From positions 30,070,001 through 30,134,000 of the forward strand of contig OZ076418.1 of NCBI GenBank assembly GCA_964187785.1: 64,000 bases of DNA. Direction: 5' to 3'. The notes beneath the pieces are model-generated. The model made no database searches. It was not told the origin of the DNA and saw only the letters and a list, made by a program, of their open reading frames with translations. Positions 1-12,790 of this stretch are shown in pieces. The translations under genes and the position numbers were made by a program. Position 1 is the stretch's first letter. Every line of letters starts with the position of its first letter. Source of the stretch: Amphiscolops sp. MND2022 (lineage: Eukaryota).

Positions 1-118
1 CCCCCCAGTCGGTACTTCGGGGATTGTGCCGTATAGATCAGAGGTCAAGCAGGTCATGAGGAGGACTTTGGATTGCGTGTCCACTAAGTTGAACCCAAAG
101 CCGTTGGCGAAACAAAGT
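1..118 (-). CDS. STXBP5: Tomosyn coding exon 14 (runs off the window)
   Basis: ctttag|A start; encodes LCFANGFGFNLVDTQSKVLLMTCLTSDLYGT (cf. LVVFGNCNGIAMVDYLQKAVLL...ELYG). Confidence 0.85.
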
Positions 119-268
119 CTAAAGATTTTCACAATTTAATAACGCAACATTAACTGACCCGCCAAATTAGGAAATATTCCACGTTTTTCCCACGAGTAAC
201 TTTCATTGATGTTCAAACAAAATGGCGGTAAAACGAGGGGCGGGTAATCGGGGTTTTCGTGTACTAAC

Positions 269-397
269 AGATTCATGAATGTGTTGATAGCTAGGGCAGT
301 GAAGGGAGTGGTGACGTCTTCGAGACATGAGCCCACTATCTGACAACACAGCTCAGCCTGGAACCCACAGCCCATCTTCACACTGCCACTTCGAACA
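269..397 (-). CDS. STXBP5: Tomosyn coding exon 13
   Basis: ttgtcag|T start; encodes VRSGSVKMGCGFQAELCCQIVG...FTALAINTFMN (cf. PGYQTELVIQLVW...ITSLAVNS). Donor gttagt. Confidence 0.88.
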
Positions 398-1089
398 CTG
401 ACAAAACACAATGCCCAGCATAAGTAAACAAACAGTACCGTCAAAAGCTGAACCGATTATGTTTTAGGTTCTAGATCATTACGCTCAAAGAGGACATTAC
501 GCCCAATCATTTAAGTTTGTTGTATTTATAATTATTGGGCGTAGACCGATTGTCCGGAGACCGATGTTTTAGATCTCTGAAACGCCAGGTGGTCACTCAG
601 GCCGAGTCCTCTCTGAGCGCAATTGTCGAAGAGGAGAGGCTCTCAGCTCTCAATAATTTGATGACGAGCAACATAATTTCGATGCATTATTTACAGCAGT
701 AGAGCATTTACTTTGCCATGTGCGGCGATTCGGTGTTAAGAAAAAAGACGAAAAAAGAAGGAAGAAGAAACATGATATTAACATAGTCAGAACATTACAA
801 TCGAAAATTACAATCGTCTATAGTATTTCAATGATTGATCACAAGTTGAAAACTCAAAAAACTCAAATCATAGACAACCGAGTTCGTCTAGAGGGAAAAC
901 TTGAACCATTGCCAACTTGAATTCAACTGAATTCAAAACAGCAAAACTGTCTTCTGGACCGTGCACCAAAAACCAAAACCGATCCAGCAACAATATCCAC
1001 CTTCTTTACAAATCGCGTTACAACGTTTAGCAAGAGACTTTGTCCGTGATGAGATATGGTCTAGTGTTCAATTCGGGCATGCAACTTAC

Positions 1090-1328
1090 TTGAGTCTAGG
1101 GAAAGATCCCATTTTGGGTCTGCTCTTCATCTGTTTCTCGGTAGGCGAGGCTTCCACAGAGTTCTGGTGGGACACAGGGGCCGAATTGGGCTGGGGTGAG
1201 GAGGGAACAGAGGCCACTCTGGCCCCGGGTCCACCACTCTCGTCGCCAACTGGTGCCCCTCGGTTGAAGCTGGTAGTGTGGTTGTCAACACCTATGAAGC
1301 TTTCATTGGAGATTGTAATTTCCAGCGT
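1090..1328 (-). CDS. STXBP5: Tomosyn coding exon 12 (Ser/Pro-rich variable linker)
   Basis: cattgcag|ACG start; open 79 codons plus 2 nt (TLEITISNES...GSFPRL). Donor AA|gtaagt; phase fits both neighbours. Confidence 0.85.
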
Positions 1329-1523
1329 CTGCAATGCACAGTAAATTCAAATATTAACTTATGATTGACCAATTTATAAACTTTTTACACCGGATTATCC
1401 CCTCCTATATTACCCCAATATTGATTATTTTACAAAAATCAGTTTGAAAATTGTAATTTAGGAGTTGAGAAATTGGAAGTTAATGATGAATGTTGAAAAT
1501 GAGAACAATCCTCTTTGAATTCG

Positions 1524-2210
1524 AACAAGCCGGGACCGGCCCAAGTCGGCGCCATATCCAAGGCTCAAAAATAGCAAAACGACTTCCAAGTGTCAAGTAC
1601 TCTTTTACAGTACTCGAAAATCGAAATTTTTTGAAAAAAAATTTTTCGAAAAAATTACATACTCAAAAAAAATGGACCGAGTGGCGCGCCGGGGCTCGCT
1701 AGCGCGAGCCCCTGGCGCGCTAAAGTCTCACAATGCCGAAAAACTGAAAGGGAGGACCCTTTGAGGTTTTTCAACATCCATTCTGTCGCAAAACATGAAA
1801 AAATTGAAGAAAACAAAAATTTTCATTTTCGGGAAAAAATCTCACAATGCCGAATAAAACTGAAAGGGGGGACCCTTTGGGATTTTTCAACATCCATTCT
1901 GTCGCAAAACATCAAAAAAATGCAGGGGGACCCTTTGGGGAAAAAATTTTTTTTCGGAAAAAAAGTCTCGCAGTGCCGAAAAAAATGAAAGGGGGGAGTC
2001 TTTGGTCTCGCCCGGTATGGTTTGTTACGCGGAAAAACAGGAAAAACCTTTTTGGTTCAGTTCGCTAGACCAAATAGTGCATTTTGGACCAATAATATTT
2101 TGTAGAACTTTTAAGAACTATTTTGGTCAGTTCGTGTGGATTGAAAAAAAAAAAAAAAAAGAAAAGTCACTATAATAGTCGCGTTTCACTTCATGAAGCG
2201 CCGACTAAAA
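1524..2210 (-). repeat. HINE-like family B, complete copy
   Basis: On the minus strand: TTTT-AGTCGGCGC with a nearby inverted copy, internal GGGGGACCCTTTGGGATTTTTCAACAT tandem units, and a 3' GCGCCGACT + GGGCCGGTCCC hairpin + TTGTT. Confidence 0.72.
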
Positions 2211-3167
2211 ACGGGAATTTTTCAATATATTTCAAGTAAGGTCAAAAAGAAAACTGAAGTGGGATTTTGGGCACTCGAGAGTTTAGGGCTTAAATTTGAT
2301 CACTACTAAGCAAGAGCTATGCCAACCAAGAGATAGCATAGTGATTTTAATCCTAAATTATGATAGAAAATTAAATCATTTTCGAGGTTAAACATAATCG
2401 GTTTGCCTCTTATCTTTTGGCCAATATATCTACATGGTTTCCGGATTCTAACTGAAGGCGTATCCTGTGAATCAGAAACCCGACTTTTCTGGGAGCAAAA
2501 ACACAAAGCCATTTCAAACAAACATGAAACTTCTGTAAGCATGCTATCCGGGTAACAAGTTTCGGGTTATTAAGATCAACTATCACATTATCAATAAGCT
2601 ATTCGGTTAATTGTCATAACAAACAGCATTTGCTGTTTCAAAACCTTGAAAAAATTCATTAAAAACTTATACTTCACGTGATCATCAGTTTTCTCGGTAT
2701 TTATTCTAATTAAAATCTACCAATAAATAGTCGAAATATTCACAGCCCAACAAGACTGAAATTGTAAGTTCATTAGCGCAAAAGAATTCGAATGCTAAAT
2801 GAGAGGTTTTTTCTAATAGGTGTTTGTTTTTAAAAAGCAAGAGCACAAACAATCGGTTCGGTCAATTAGTTGCAGTTGAAAACCCAAAAGAGACATTTTG
2901 CAAAGGCAATTTGCAGAAATTTCTGACGAGTGTTTCAGAATTTCAAGGCCAGACGAATGAACTGAATTATAGAAAATAATTTGACAGGGAGACAAGAGCT
3001 GTACTTCGCGAACATTTGCAAAAATACAGGATTTTTACCAATAAAATGAAATATGACTACAATTTGTGGAATTCTTACACTAATAGTTTGAATGAAAGGT
3101 AAAATAAAATTTTTAAAAATCATTATTTACGGTCGTAAAAGTAGCGCAATATATAATGCTGCTTCGT

Positions 3168-3538
3168 AGTCGGCGCATTTTAGTAGAAAATGTGCCCGAC
3201 TCTTACAGTTTGTAGTTTTTTTTAGACGCGTAAGGTCCACATTTTTGTTCATTTGTTCAACAACGTCAAACCTCAACAACTCAAAAGCGCGTCCAAAACG
3301 AAAAAAAGAAACAAAACAGACGTCCAGAACCTCGAAATCACACTAAGGATCCCCCCATAGCCCCACTTTTTTCGGCACTATGCGACTTTTTTTGAAACTT
3401 TTTGGATTGCACCAAAGGGTCACCCTTCATTTTTTTCAGATTTTGCAACCAGCTGGAGTTTCACAAAGTCCGAAGGGTCCCCCTTTTACAATTTTGAGCC
3501 TTAGATATAGCGCCGACTTTGGCCGTTCTCGGCTTGTT
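3168..3538 (+). repeat. HINE-like family B copy
   Basis: AGTCGGCGC...GCCCGACT start and GCGCCGACTTTGGCCGTTCTCGGCTTGTT end. Confidence 0.7.
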
Positions 3539-4146
3539 TGCTTTTGCTCAAAAAAATCGTCTGTTACTTGTATAAAGAATAAACTTTTGTACTTGAACGA
3601 AAGAGTATTACTATCGAATGATAATGGCCTATTGCATACACTAATTTGAAGGTAAAAGCTCTCGTTTCTCACGCCAAGGAAATCGACCTCAAGCTGTTAT
3701 CAGAGGTGCGCCGGACAGGAAATGATCCGTACGGCCTAACAAGACTGGTTTAAGCCGGATACCGGTCGGAAAGGACATTATCCTCAACTATAGGCGATGA
3801 AAAACTTTTATCCAAATTGAGCCATGGCGATAACGATGAATGAAGTGAACTTTTGCTCCAAAAACAGGCTTTCAAACGAAGCTTTGTGTAGAATCAATTA
3901 AGTGGAACCGACTTTTGCGTTTTACTTTTTGTAGTTAAATAATTGTGCAAAAATGGCAACAAATGCATTAGAGTCGACGCACCAAGATAGTTTTCATAAT
4001 TTTTGACTCAATTTATTTCACTGTGGCCCCAATCGGAAGTTAACTACCTTTAGATTGATTTAGGTTAGGCTGTTGAAAATTGTACAGTACCAGACAGATT
4101 TCAGTCGTTTTCTAATAAACGAGGACTACCGAATCTCATCATATAT

Positions 4147-4625
4147 AAAATACGCCCCTGTGGGGCACACTATCATTTCTGCATTTAGGCTTTCATCTTC
4201 AATAATAGAAGCATATCTTAATCATTTACATAGCGCATAATTAATCACTATCAGTTTACACCGCCTTTAATTCTTCTCGGACTAACGAAAATATAACTAC
4301 TAAGCGTAGACGAAGTTTCGCATTCGTAATTGAATGCAGGCGAAGCTCTCGGCGAACTAATTAACACTCGTTCGTTTCATCTCAATAACTCGGCGTACCA
4401 AAGCATAATTAGGAACATTCGCTCGCTTCATCTCAATGAATTCGGCGTACGAATGCATAATTACCACTCGCTCGTTCCATCGCACGAGAAACGAATTGCT
4501 GTCGCTTGTATTCACTGCCGAACAAAATATCTGAATTTTTCATATCACGACAGGAATTGTACTAAACAAAAAAAGTGGAAATCTTGAGGTTTCAATAATA
4601 TTCCTGCTATCGCAGAAATTATAAA
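4147..4625 (-). repeat. HINE/DINE-1-like Helentron-associated element, family A, copy 1
   Basis: On the minus strand: T-run, subTIR ATTATTTCTGC, CTGC-GATA-GCAG hairpin, an internal array of about 53 bp units, a 3' subTIR, a GCCCC..GGGGC stem-loop and TATTTT. Confidence 0.7.
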
Positions 4626-4984
4626 AACGAACCAGTTGAACCAGTTTTTTCCTCTAGTTTTTCCATCGTATAAATTCAAATTTTTGTCTTTCAAATCGAA
4701 TAAATTCAAAGATATGAGATAATTTGCTGAAATTTTTATCCGGCAGGATTCTGACAGAAGTCCGGCCTGATACCGGGCCGGACATTTTTCCTTGATCCGG
4801 CCGGATACCGCCAAGAGGTGTTATAATGAAAGACAGTGTTACTATTCACACTGAGCGGCAAAAAACGCAAAATATCTGCTGAGAGCTGAAAACCAATGGA
4901 GGAGTTTTGCAACAGCAGCTGCAACACTTTCTCATTTCATTAGCATTGTGAAGTAGAAATGAGTGTTACATCGCGACAACTTAC

Positions 4985-5181
4985 GGATATTTCACGAGTG
5001 ACTTCTTCCCTCGAGAAAGTATAGAGCAGGACTTGTCCAAAGTTGCCAGCGAATGCGAGCACCTTCTGTTTCGGATCGAAGTCCATCATCTGAATTGCGA
5101 ACGGCTCGTCCTCGGAAGTGAGGTCCTTGCTCTTGTCAAACACGCGTGACGTCTTCAGTTTGTACAGAAATTGCAAAGTCA
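4985..5181 (-). CDS. STXBP5: Tomosyn coding exon 11
   Basis: cttttag|TG start; encodes TLQFLYKLKTSRVFDK...EDEPFAIQMM...REIS (cf. TLQVLYKLKTSKVFEK). Donor gtaagt; 197 nt. Confidence 0.94.
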
Positions 5182-5440
5182 CTAAAAAGAAATAGAGGAT
5201 TGAGGTCCTTGAAAACAGCGTTGAGGATTCGTCCTTGAAAACGTTGCAAGTGAGCTGCGGGAACTTTCGTGCGGGAATGTTAGTAAATTAGCCTTAATAC
5301 TATTATTGAGCTGCTAAGAGAGAACAATTTGTGAAGATACAGTCTGGTTGGGAAAATAGAGCTTTACGCGTTGCAATAACATTCCAGCTTTCACAGAACT
5401 ATCGAAAAACGTGGACTGACTGAGTTCGGAAGAGCCTTAC

Positions 5441-5549
5441 TTGAAGTTGCGTCCCAGAATTTGACAGAGCCGTCGATATGGCCTGTGAGAACCACTTCGG
5501 GGTAAGCAGTGTTGAGCGGCTTCCACTCGCCTCCAGAGATGGGCCATGG
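5441..5549 (-). CDS. STXBP5: Tomosyn coding exon 10
   Basis: gtttcag|CCA start; encodes PWPISGGEWKPLNTAYPEVVLTGHIDGSVKFWDATS (cf. EWPINGG...PEIIITGHADGSVKFWDAS). Donor gtaagg; 109 nt. Confidence 0.96.
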
Positions 5550-6696
5550 CTGAAACAACACGTCAGAAACTCATTCAGAAACTGCATGACCCATCTAAGA
5601 AAAGCAGCTGCTCTCCTACTTCGGCTAGACTCCTATTAGGTAGTTTCGAAATTATTGTACTTGAAACTTGCCCTACTGCTGAAACTGACGACTCTAGCCA
5701 GAACATCGCATCATCATGAACCTTTTTGTTTGAAAAGAAAATTGCCTGAAACTATTCATCGAAATTTGGGCTATATCTGTCTCTCGTTTCCATTGAACAT
5801 TCATTATTAAATAAACCTTTCAACTAATTTTAAACACGAATTGTATTCCCAAATTGTCTACTCCCGTGCTTCATTGCTTCTGGGCCCTTCCTCCCACCAA
5901 CGATGACAGATGCTACCACCGGGGATGAGTAAATTTTGCGTTTGCGGCAACTTTTACGAAATTTCAACTTTTTCTGCTCCAATATAATAAAGCAATTTTT
6001 ACACATTTCTCAGCAAAATGACTGACATGTTTCAAATAACAGCAATATTTACTTCAATTTCTAAGGAATCTATGACTCAATTTAGATAAAAGATAATCCT
6101 TTGCTAAAACGTTTCAACTGTAAGCAGTTACCACCGGAAATCAATAAAAATAGAAAACACCGTTGGAACGTTGTAATTTGAAAATTTACCGGGTGAAATT
6201 TGGGCTCAAGTCTGAAGCGTCAGTTTTTACGTCATTTCGGCCTACTTTCAACGCAAATCTTGTCCATTCCTGGCTATCACATTTGAAAATGATAAACTCT
6301 TATCTTGAAGTACCTTTGTTTCCAGGAAACATTCATGAACACATCTCAAATGAAACAAAATTTAATATCCTATCAGCCAAAAATGAATTAAACTTGGTAC
6401 AATTACGTTGTGAGCTCAGAATTCACTGTTCATACTTTCATATGATTTCGACACGAGGGATGAAAAATCTAGATCTTTATTTGATTGGGATTACCAGGAA
6501 TTTCTATGCAGACAAAATAACATTATATATCCTTGAATTGTGACATCATATAATCTGCTTGCTCAAAAAACTCTAACGTAATACACATCAAGGATTACGC
6601 TGAGTGAATACTTTGAAAAAGCATGTCCTTCAAGGTTACGCATGATTCTTCCGAAAATTATAAAACTGGGCGCATGTACTACGACACAGTGACGGT

Positions 6697-6855
6697 TTTA
6701 GCATTTTCAAAACGGGAGGCGCACCGGAACGAGAGCACCCGCTGAATTTTTGAAACTAGGAAAACTCGGCTCATTTTACCGGCTGTGACATCAATTCATT
6801 CGATACACCTCTGCAAAGGGAGGAGGGCGGCCCTTGAAACCATCCCTGCTATTAC
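6697..6855. repeat. Short hAT-like MITE end, with an inverted copy at about 33432-33600
   Basis: Shared block CTCGGCTCATTTTACCGGCTG...CAATTCATTC and a CAGGG(A/G)TGGTTT terminus. Confidence 0.55.
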
Positions 6856-7097
6856 GAGTACCGATGATGTCAAAAGAATTGAACATTTTGAACAGATTTA
6901 ACAAGATTCAAGAAAAAGTTATTTAACAGATAAGAGTCGCATTGCGCACTGTGAAGAAAAGGGGTTACCTTTTTAGATTCTGATGAGATCTGCTACCAAC
7001 CGAATTTTCATCAAAATTGTCATCATTCAAGTATTGAATAAACAGTTCCATTTTTTACAGCATGAAAGGTTTAAATACACGAATAAACTTCACATAC

Positions 7098-7672
7098 AAA
7101 AATAGGCCCCTCCGGGGCACACTATTATTGCTGCTTTAATCTTTCATTAATGATAGAATCATATCTGGAATACCAATACACTCCTGTTTAATCATTATTT
7201 AGCGCACAATTAATCACTGTACCAGTTTATACCGCCTTTAAATCTGTTGTTAAAAAATTCTGTACATGTAAATATCATCAAGTATTTCTTTTTTGTTGAC
7301 TAGAATCAATTCAGTCTTTTAGTAGTAAACCTCGGACTAAAGCAAATATAAATTAGAAAGCAGGCAAAGCTCTCCGCGAAAGAATAATTAACACTCATTC
7401 GCTTCATCTCAACTCGGCGCAACGAAAGCACAATTACGAACATTCGCTCGCTTCCTCTCAATGACGTCAGCGTACGAATGCATAATTACCACTCGCTCGT
7501 TCCATCGCACGAGAATTGAATTGTCGTCGGCAGCTTGAGAAATTTAGTTCTCACGCTTACAGTCACTACCGAACAAAATATCTGAATTTTTCAGTATCTC
7601 GACGAGAATTTTACTGAAAAAAGTAGACATCTTCAGATTTCAATAATATTCCTGCTATCGCAGAAATAATAA
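7098..7672 (-). repeat. HINE family A, copy 2
   Basis: Same termini and internal array as 4147-4625. Confidence 0.7.
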
Positions 7673-8418
7673 AAAAGGCAACAAATTTTACCAACAGCCC
7701 TGGATTTAGAAATTTTAGCCCGCCGCAAAATAATCAGCTGTTATGACACGTACGATTGATCGAGTAAGCTACAGTATTGTGAGGAATGATTGGCACTACG
7801 ATTTGTGACCACAGTTTCGGACGACTGTCCATCTACTCAAAGACCACCATTTGGTTTTTTCCACCCGAATAAGACGGTCCTATTTAGTCCTTTGCAATTT
7901 CAATAGCACAATTGAAATTTCCGTAAACTTCGAGCATCAAATTTCTGGGAGTTTGCAAAATCACGGAAATTGTTAAGACAATTCTGACCAAATATATAAT
8001 AATTTTAATGATGCAAGTTGTTAATGTATCGTGCTAAAATTAAAAACTGATAATTATCAAACACGAGCGATGAAGTCTCCATTTTATATGTGGTATCATT
8101 ATTTTCAAACCACTATGCTAGCCTGCTCGGATTGCTGCTGCTCCAATTCTGTCTCTTATATCACGTGCCTAGAACTTTTTGTGGAACATTTTGATCACGT
8201 CCAGTGGATTGAAAAAGAAAACATACAAAAAGTCAGTACATTATGTCCGACGGAGTTCATATGACGCCGAAAACATGGAATTATGGAATTTTACTGGCCA
8301 AATACACTTTGATTTCAGATAAAACAATATATGAAACCTAAGATAACGAGTTTTAGAATAGTAGAATACTATATCTAGTACAGTGAAGAGTCTGTATGAG
8401 AGTGAGTATATCTCTTAC

Positions 8419-8645
8419 CAATTTGCTGCAGTTGGCACTACGCTGTTTCTGCTTGAAGGACACTTGATATAACGATGGAATGAGGTCAGAGGGACAGTCT
8501 GCCATGTACTTGAGACAGCACACGGGTGACTCATGCACGTCCATGGGGTAGGGGTTCTCAAAGGGGGGATAGCCCTCGGAGATGAGATCCAGAATCACCA
8601 GGTCGTTCTTCAACAGACAGATGACCGCTTGCGGCTCCTGTGCTT
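8419..8645 (-). CDS. STXBP5: Tomosyn coding exon 9
   Basis: gttgcag|AA start; encodes AQEPQAVICLLKNDLVILDLISEGYPPFENPYPMDVHESPVCCLKYMADCPSDLIPSLYQV...SKL. Donor gtaaga; 227 nt. Confidence 0.96.
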
Positions 8646-8751
8646 CTGCAACAACACACAATAAACATTAAATATAATCCAAAATATACGAAGCGCAGTG
8701 GCAATGCAACAATTTTCACGATAATTTGCGAGAGAAAGATACTATTAATAG

Positions 8752-10530
8752 TAGAGGTGTACCGGACAAAAAGACTGGTCCTGTCAGGATAATGTCCTGT
8801 CCGGTATTCGGCCGGACTTTTTACAATGTCTGGCCGGATATTATCTTACAATAATAATCTTAAATAATCGGAATATCCTAACTTAGAAAAAGTGTATGTG
8901 CATCAAAAAAATTGAATTTGTGACTGTGAATCAAAATTTATTAAATTATGGCGGAGGCAAAATAGTTTTTCACCGCTCTGTGGTAAAAACCTGCTTCGTT
9001 TTTCGTAATCCTAATTGCCCAATTCTGAAAACAGCTCTTCATCGCTTACAATTGAAGCTAATGTCCGGTCCGGCCGGCATCCGGCTTCAATCAGTCCTTT
9101 CAATCAGTTGCATGGTTGGGTTTTAAATGTTTTTTTTTCGAATTATACAGTTTTTTTATTTTTATTGATTTTTCCCGGAAAAACTGTCACTTCAGAAAAA
9201 GACACTTCAAAATTTTTTATTTCAACAAATCATATACGAGAAATAAGATGACATCATTTGTTGAGTTGGCGGTACAAGAAAGAAAAGTTTCCCAGCGCGT
9301 TCCATGCCTAGTTGTGTTCTTAGAGAGCCATACGTGTACCCCATTGTAGTGAACTGTCGTTCAAGGCCAGTAGAGCTGCAGACTGCAGAATGCAAAGAGA
9401 CAGCAAAATTCACAAACTCTTCTGTAAATCCCAATCGTAATCCAAGTTTCCACCAAGAAAAAGGAGATGAAGACAAAAATCCTGAAAGATTTAAATTGTA
9501 TGTAGTTTCTTTTGCAAGAAATTTCAAGACATCAGACATGATACTCTCATTGCAAGACCGAATAAACTCAAGCGCGACTTCAGTTTCTGTAGGAGTCAAT
9601 GATGTTCTTTGATATCGTTGGTCCAGTAAATCACCGGCCAGGAGTGGCGGAGTCAATGCATCGTCCATCAGTTTGACTACAAACTCTTTAAATGCACCTG
9701 GACAACTGGTGAGCAATTTTCAAACACGCGTAGCTTTGGATACTGACGTGTCGTCTCTTTGTAGCTGGTCCAGTGCTCTGCTAATTGGTTGGAAATGCAA
9801 TCCCGATAACTGGAATGTTCACAAGATTTGACCATCCATCAATTTGTATTGTGACATCTTGACCTTTAACCAGCCTCATAACTTTATCTTTCTCTTCTCA
9901 ATAAACTTCGTCGAGAAGCTTTTCGCTGAGGTACTTCCTAGAAGGTATTTCTGTGCCAGGCCTGTTTTTGTTTGAGAGCCTTCCTGTTCACTTCATGTTG
10001 CATTTGTTTGTTCACAGGCTGGAATGGAACAACTGTTTGCCTTGGTGCTTTGTGAGGTGGGGGGTAAAGGCTGCTTTGACATTTATCCCCACGAATGACG
10101 TAGATTGCTGGTTTTTTGTTGAACACTGTTCAAAATTAGTCTTTAACCGCGATACAAGACCCACCACACTATCTTTACATATTTTACATTCGCCACGGAT
10201 ATTACCATTGGGCAATGTTATTTCTTTGTATTTCTTCCAAATTTCGTCTTGTTGACGTGGCATGACTTTCTACAATATCAACAGTCAACTGATAAGATTA
10301 AACAATCAGATCAAAAACGGGGCGATTGAACAATTAGATCGAAAACGGGGCGTAGATTGAACAATTAGGTCGAAAACTGGAAGAAAATGATCGGGGAAAA
10401 AACAAACACTTTTTTAAAATTGAGTTTTAAACATGTTTTTTTCGCACTGTTTAAAACAGGTGTTTTAAACAGACCCAACCTTGTCCAGTTGTCCAACCGG
10501 ACGGACATTTTCCTGCTCGGTGCACCTCTA
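8752..10530 (-). mobile_element. hAT transposon, internally deleted, with TIRs and 8-bp TSD
   Basis: TIRs TAGAGGTG(T/C)ACCG; TSD ATTAATAG at 8744-8751 and 10531-10538. Retains a BED-like finger (10012-10263), IQIDGWSN, and the C-terminal SSTGLERQFT...R dimerisation motif (9222-9716). Confidence 0.92.
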
Positions 10531-11030
10531 ATTAATAGGATGTTCCATGAAGTGTAAAACATACGGGTAAATTTATAGATCAACCTACAGATCTACAGAT
10601 CGACAACTCTGAGAATAATTTTATAAACGATTCTCTTCAACTTTTCCTTCCCCATTCGGACAAAAACATTCCCTTAATTACACATCAGAGTGAAAGTATA
10701 AAAACTGGTTAGCCGAACAAAAGATCCTGTTTCAATCTGCCATGATATCTTTTGCCTTGGATCGGAAATTTGGAGATGGAAATTAGTCATATAAATGGGA
10801 CTAACCACTGCCAACGCCAAATACTAACTTTGAAGCAAAAGATACATTAATATTGAAACCTTTTAAAAAATCACAATTCGAACGATTAAGTCTTATAGAT
10901 ATTTCGATTCCAGGCTATTAATTAGACAAAGCTTGAAAAGTTCTGTGACTTCAGCGCCTTCTGGCCAGCTTGCTCTTAATTAGTAAATAAGAGTTCCAAA
11001 CTTTTCATACGGAAAGTCATTAAGAGATTC

Positions 11031-11183
11031 TATACATACAATAAAGTGTTGGCCGGTTATAATACTACCGCTTGAAAATCAAACCGATTATAACGTCACG
11101 CTCAATTAGGAGTTCATAAATATAATTGGTTTGATTTTTGAAGCGATAGTATTATAACCGGCCAACACTTTATTGTATGTATA
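11031..11183. mobile_element. Fold-back MITE with about 60-bp near-perfect inverted arms and TA ends
   Basis: TATACATACAATAAAGTGTTGGCCGGTTATAATACTA... is mirrored at 11120-11183. Confidence 0.8.
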
Positions 11184-11819
11184 AAATCCCTTAGGGGTCC
11201 AGAGTTGGAACCGGGCCGGGCCTGTGCTTCGACAAGTGTAGAACAAAAAGGACCCGAATTGAATTCATTTTCTGCCCATTAGTAGGAGTTTCAAAAACAT
11301 TGACAGGGACTGAATGTGACCGGGCCGGGCCGGGCCCTGGCCTGGATATTTAGGCCCGCTCGTAACTCTGATCCCGATACACTGCAATACTTAGTTCAAG
11401 AGATCAGAGTTACACTAGTTAACAATTTGTTCAAGAAATGGTTTAACCATATGGTTAAAAATTCCTATGGTTGAAGAATTTTGGTTAAATTCTTCCAGCT
11501 TTTAACCTTTTAACAGCTGGTATCCACTGGAAACATCAGTCTAAAATGAGGAATTCCAAATACGAAAAATTTTGCAAATACGAGAATTTCAAAACCACTG
11601 ACAACTTGATGTGACAAGACATTTCAAATACTAAATTTCCACATCATATTGTAACTTTTAATATTCATCTCTTAGCAACTGATGATTTCAGTACTATCAA
11701 ACATTGTTATATCCCAATGGTTGAGAAAATTCGGGAGCGACAAAACGGGAGCGAATTATCTGTTTCAGACTTTCATGTTCAATAGTACAAGTACATCTGG
11801 AAAAACTTTAAACTTTTGT

Positions 11820-12790
11820 TTAATCATTATATAGTGAACGATTAATCACCGTACCAGTTCACAACGTTTATAATTTTTCTAGGACTACAGTGGTGTGAAG
11901 AAAGAATGCGACTTAGTTGCTCAGAATGCAAAGAATTCTCTAATCTGATTGGTTCACAACGTCTCGCTGCTCAAATATCATTGGTTCAATGAGCCTCAAT
12001 CGCTCGCAAAAATCAGTATTTTTATTATTTCACCGTTTTTCGGGGATAATTTTTACATGAAAATTATACCAGAAAATTTCTCTGATTTTTCTCAATCCCA
12101 TGATAGTTTTTGTTTGTGGAAATCACCAAGAAAACGAAAATGGGAGCAATTTTTCGTTCAGTAAAATTGGAAATACATGTATTAAGATAGGAATTTGAGA
12201 CTTACACTTGGTAAAACTCCCACCAATATACATTTTTCAAATATATCCAAAATCAAATTTCATCTTCGTTTTCGAGAGATTTGAGTGTATCTGCAAGGCA
12301 AAATTGATCAAAAAAGATTCATTGGATCACTGATATTTTCTCAAAAATTAGCAATTTTAATTATTTTCCTCCCAAAATCACATGTTTCTAACTTCGGAAC
12401 CAATGATGGTTGAAATTTCAAACAAAAACCATTGTATTTATAGCAAAAAATCAAGAAACTTTTGTTTTTGCAAAATTGAACCATTTCGAATAGTTTTGGA
12501 GATATGAGATTGCAAAATTAGCCTTTTTGAGCAGCTAAGTCGCATTCTTTCTTCACACACACCACTGTAAAGAAAATATAACTACTAAGCGTATGCAAAA
12601 TCGCATTCGCATTTGAACGAAAGCGAAGCTCTCGGCGAACAGATAACTAACACTCATTCCCTTCATTTCAGTGAATTCGGCGTTCGAGTGCGTAAATAAC
12701 ACTCGCTTACTCCCGCACAAAAATTGAATAAAGTCACTTGAGAAATTTAAATCTTACGCTTACACTCGCGGCTAAAAAATATGTGAATCT
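11820..12790 (-). repeat. HINE family A, partial copy 4 (split by the 680-bp MITE)
   Basis: ...GGAC TA [MITE] TA AAGAAAATATAACTACTAAGCG... matches family A. Confidence 0.6.
11888..12567. mobile_element. Non-autonomous Tc1/mariner-type element (680 bp) inserted into a HINE copy
   Basis: TA|CAGTGGTGTGAAGAAAGAATGCGACTTAG at the left end and CTAAGTCGCATTCTTTCTTCACACACACCACTG|TA at the right end. Confidence 0.85.

Noticed and set aside
720-920. Basic low-complexity plus-strand ORF (MRRFGVKKKDEKRRKKK)
   Set aside because: GTG start, purine-run composition, located within tomosyn intron 12, with no splice or homology support.
1490-2068. Lys/Phe-rich 60-130 aa ORFs in family A and B repeats throughout the window
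   Set aside because: They arise from A/T homopolymer-rich tandem units, differ between copies, and often lack ATG starts.
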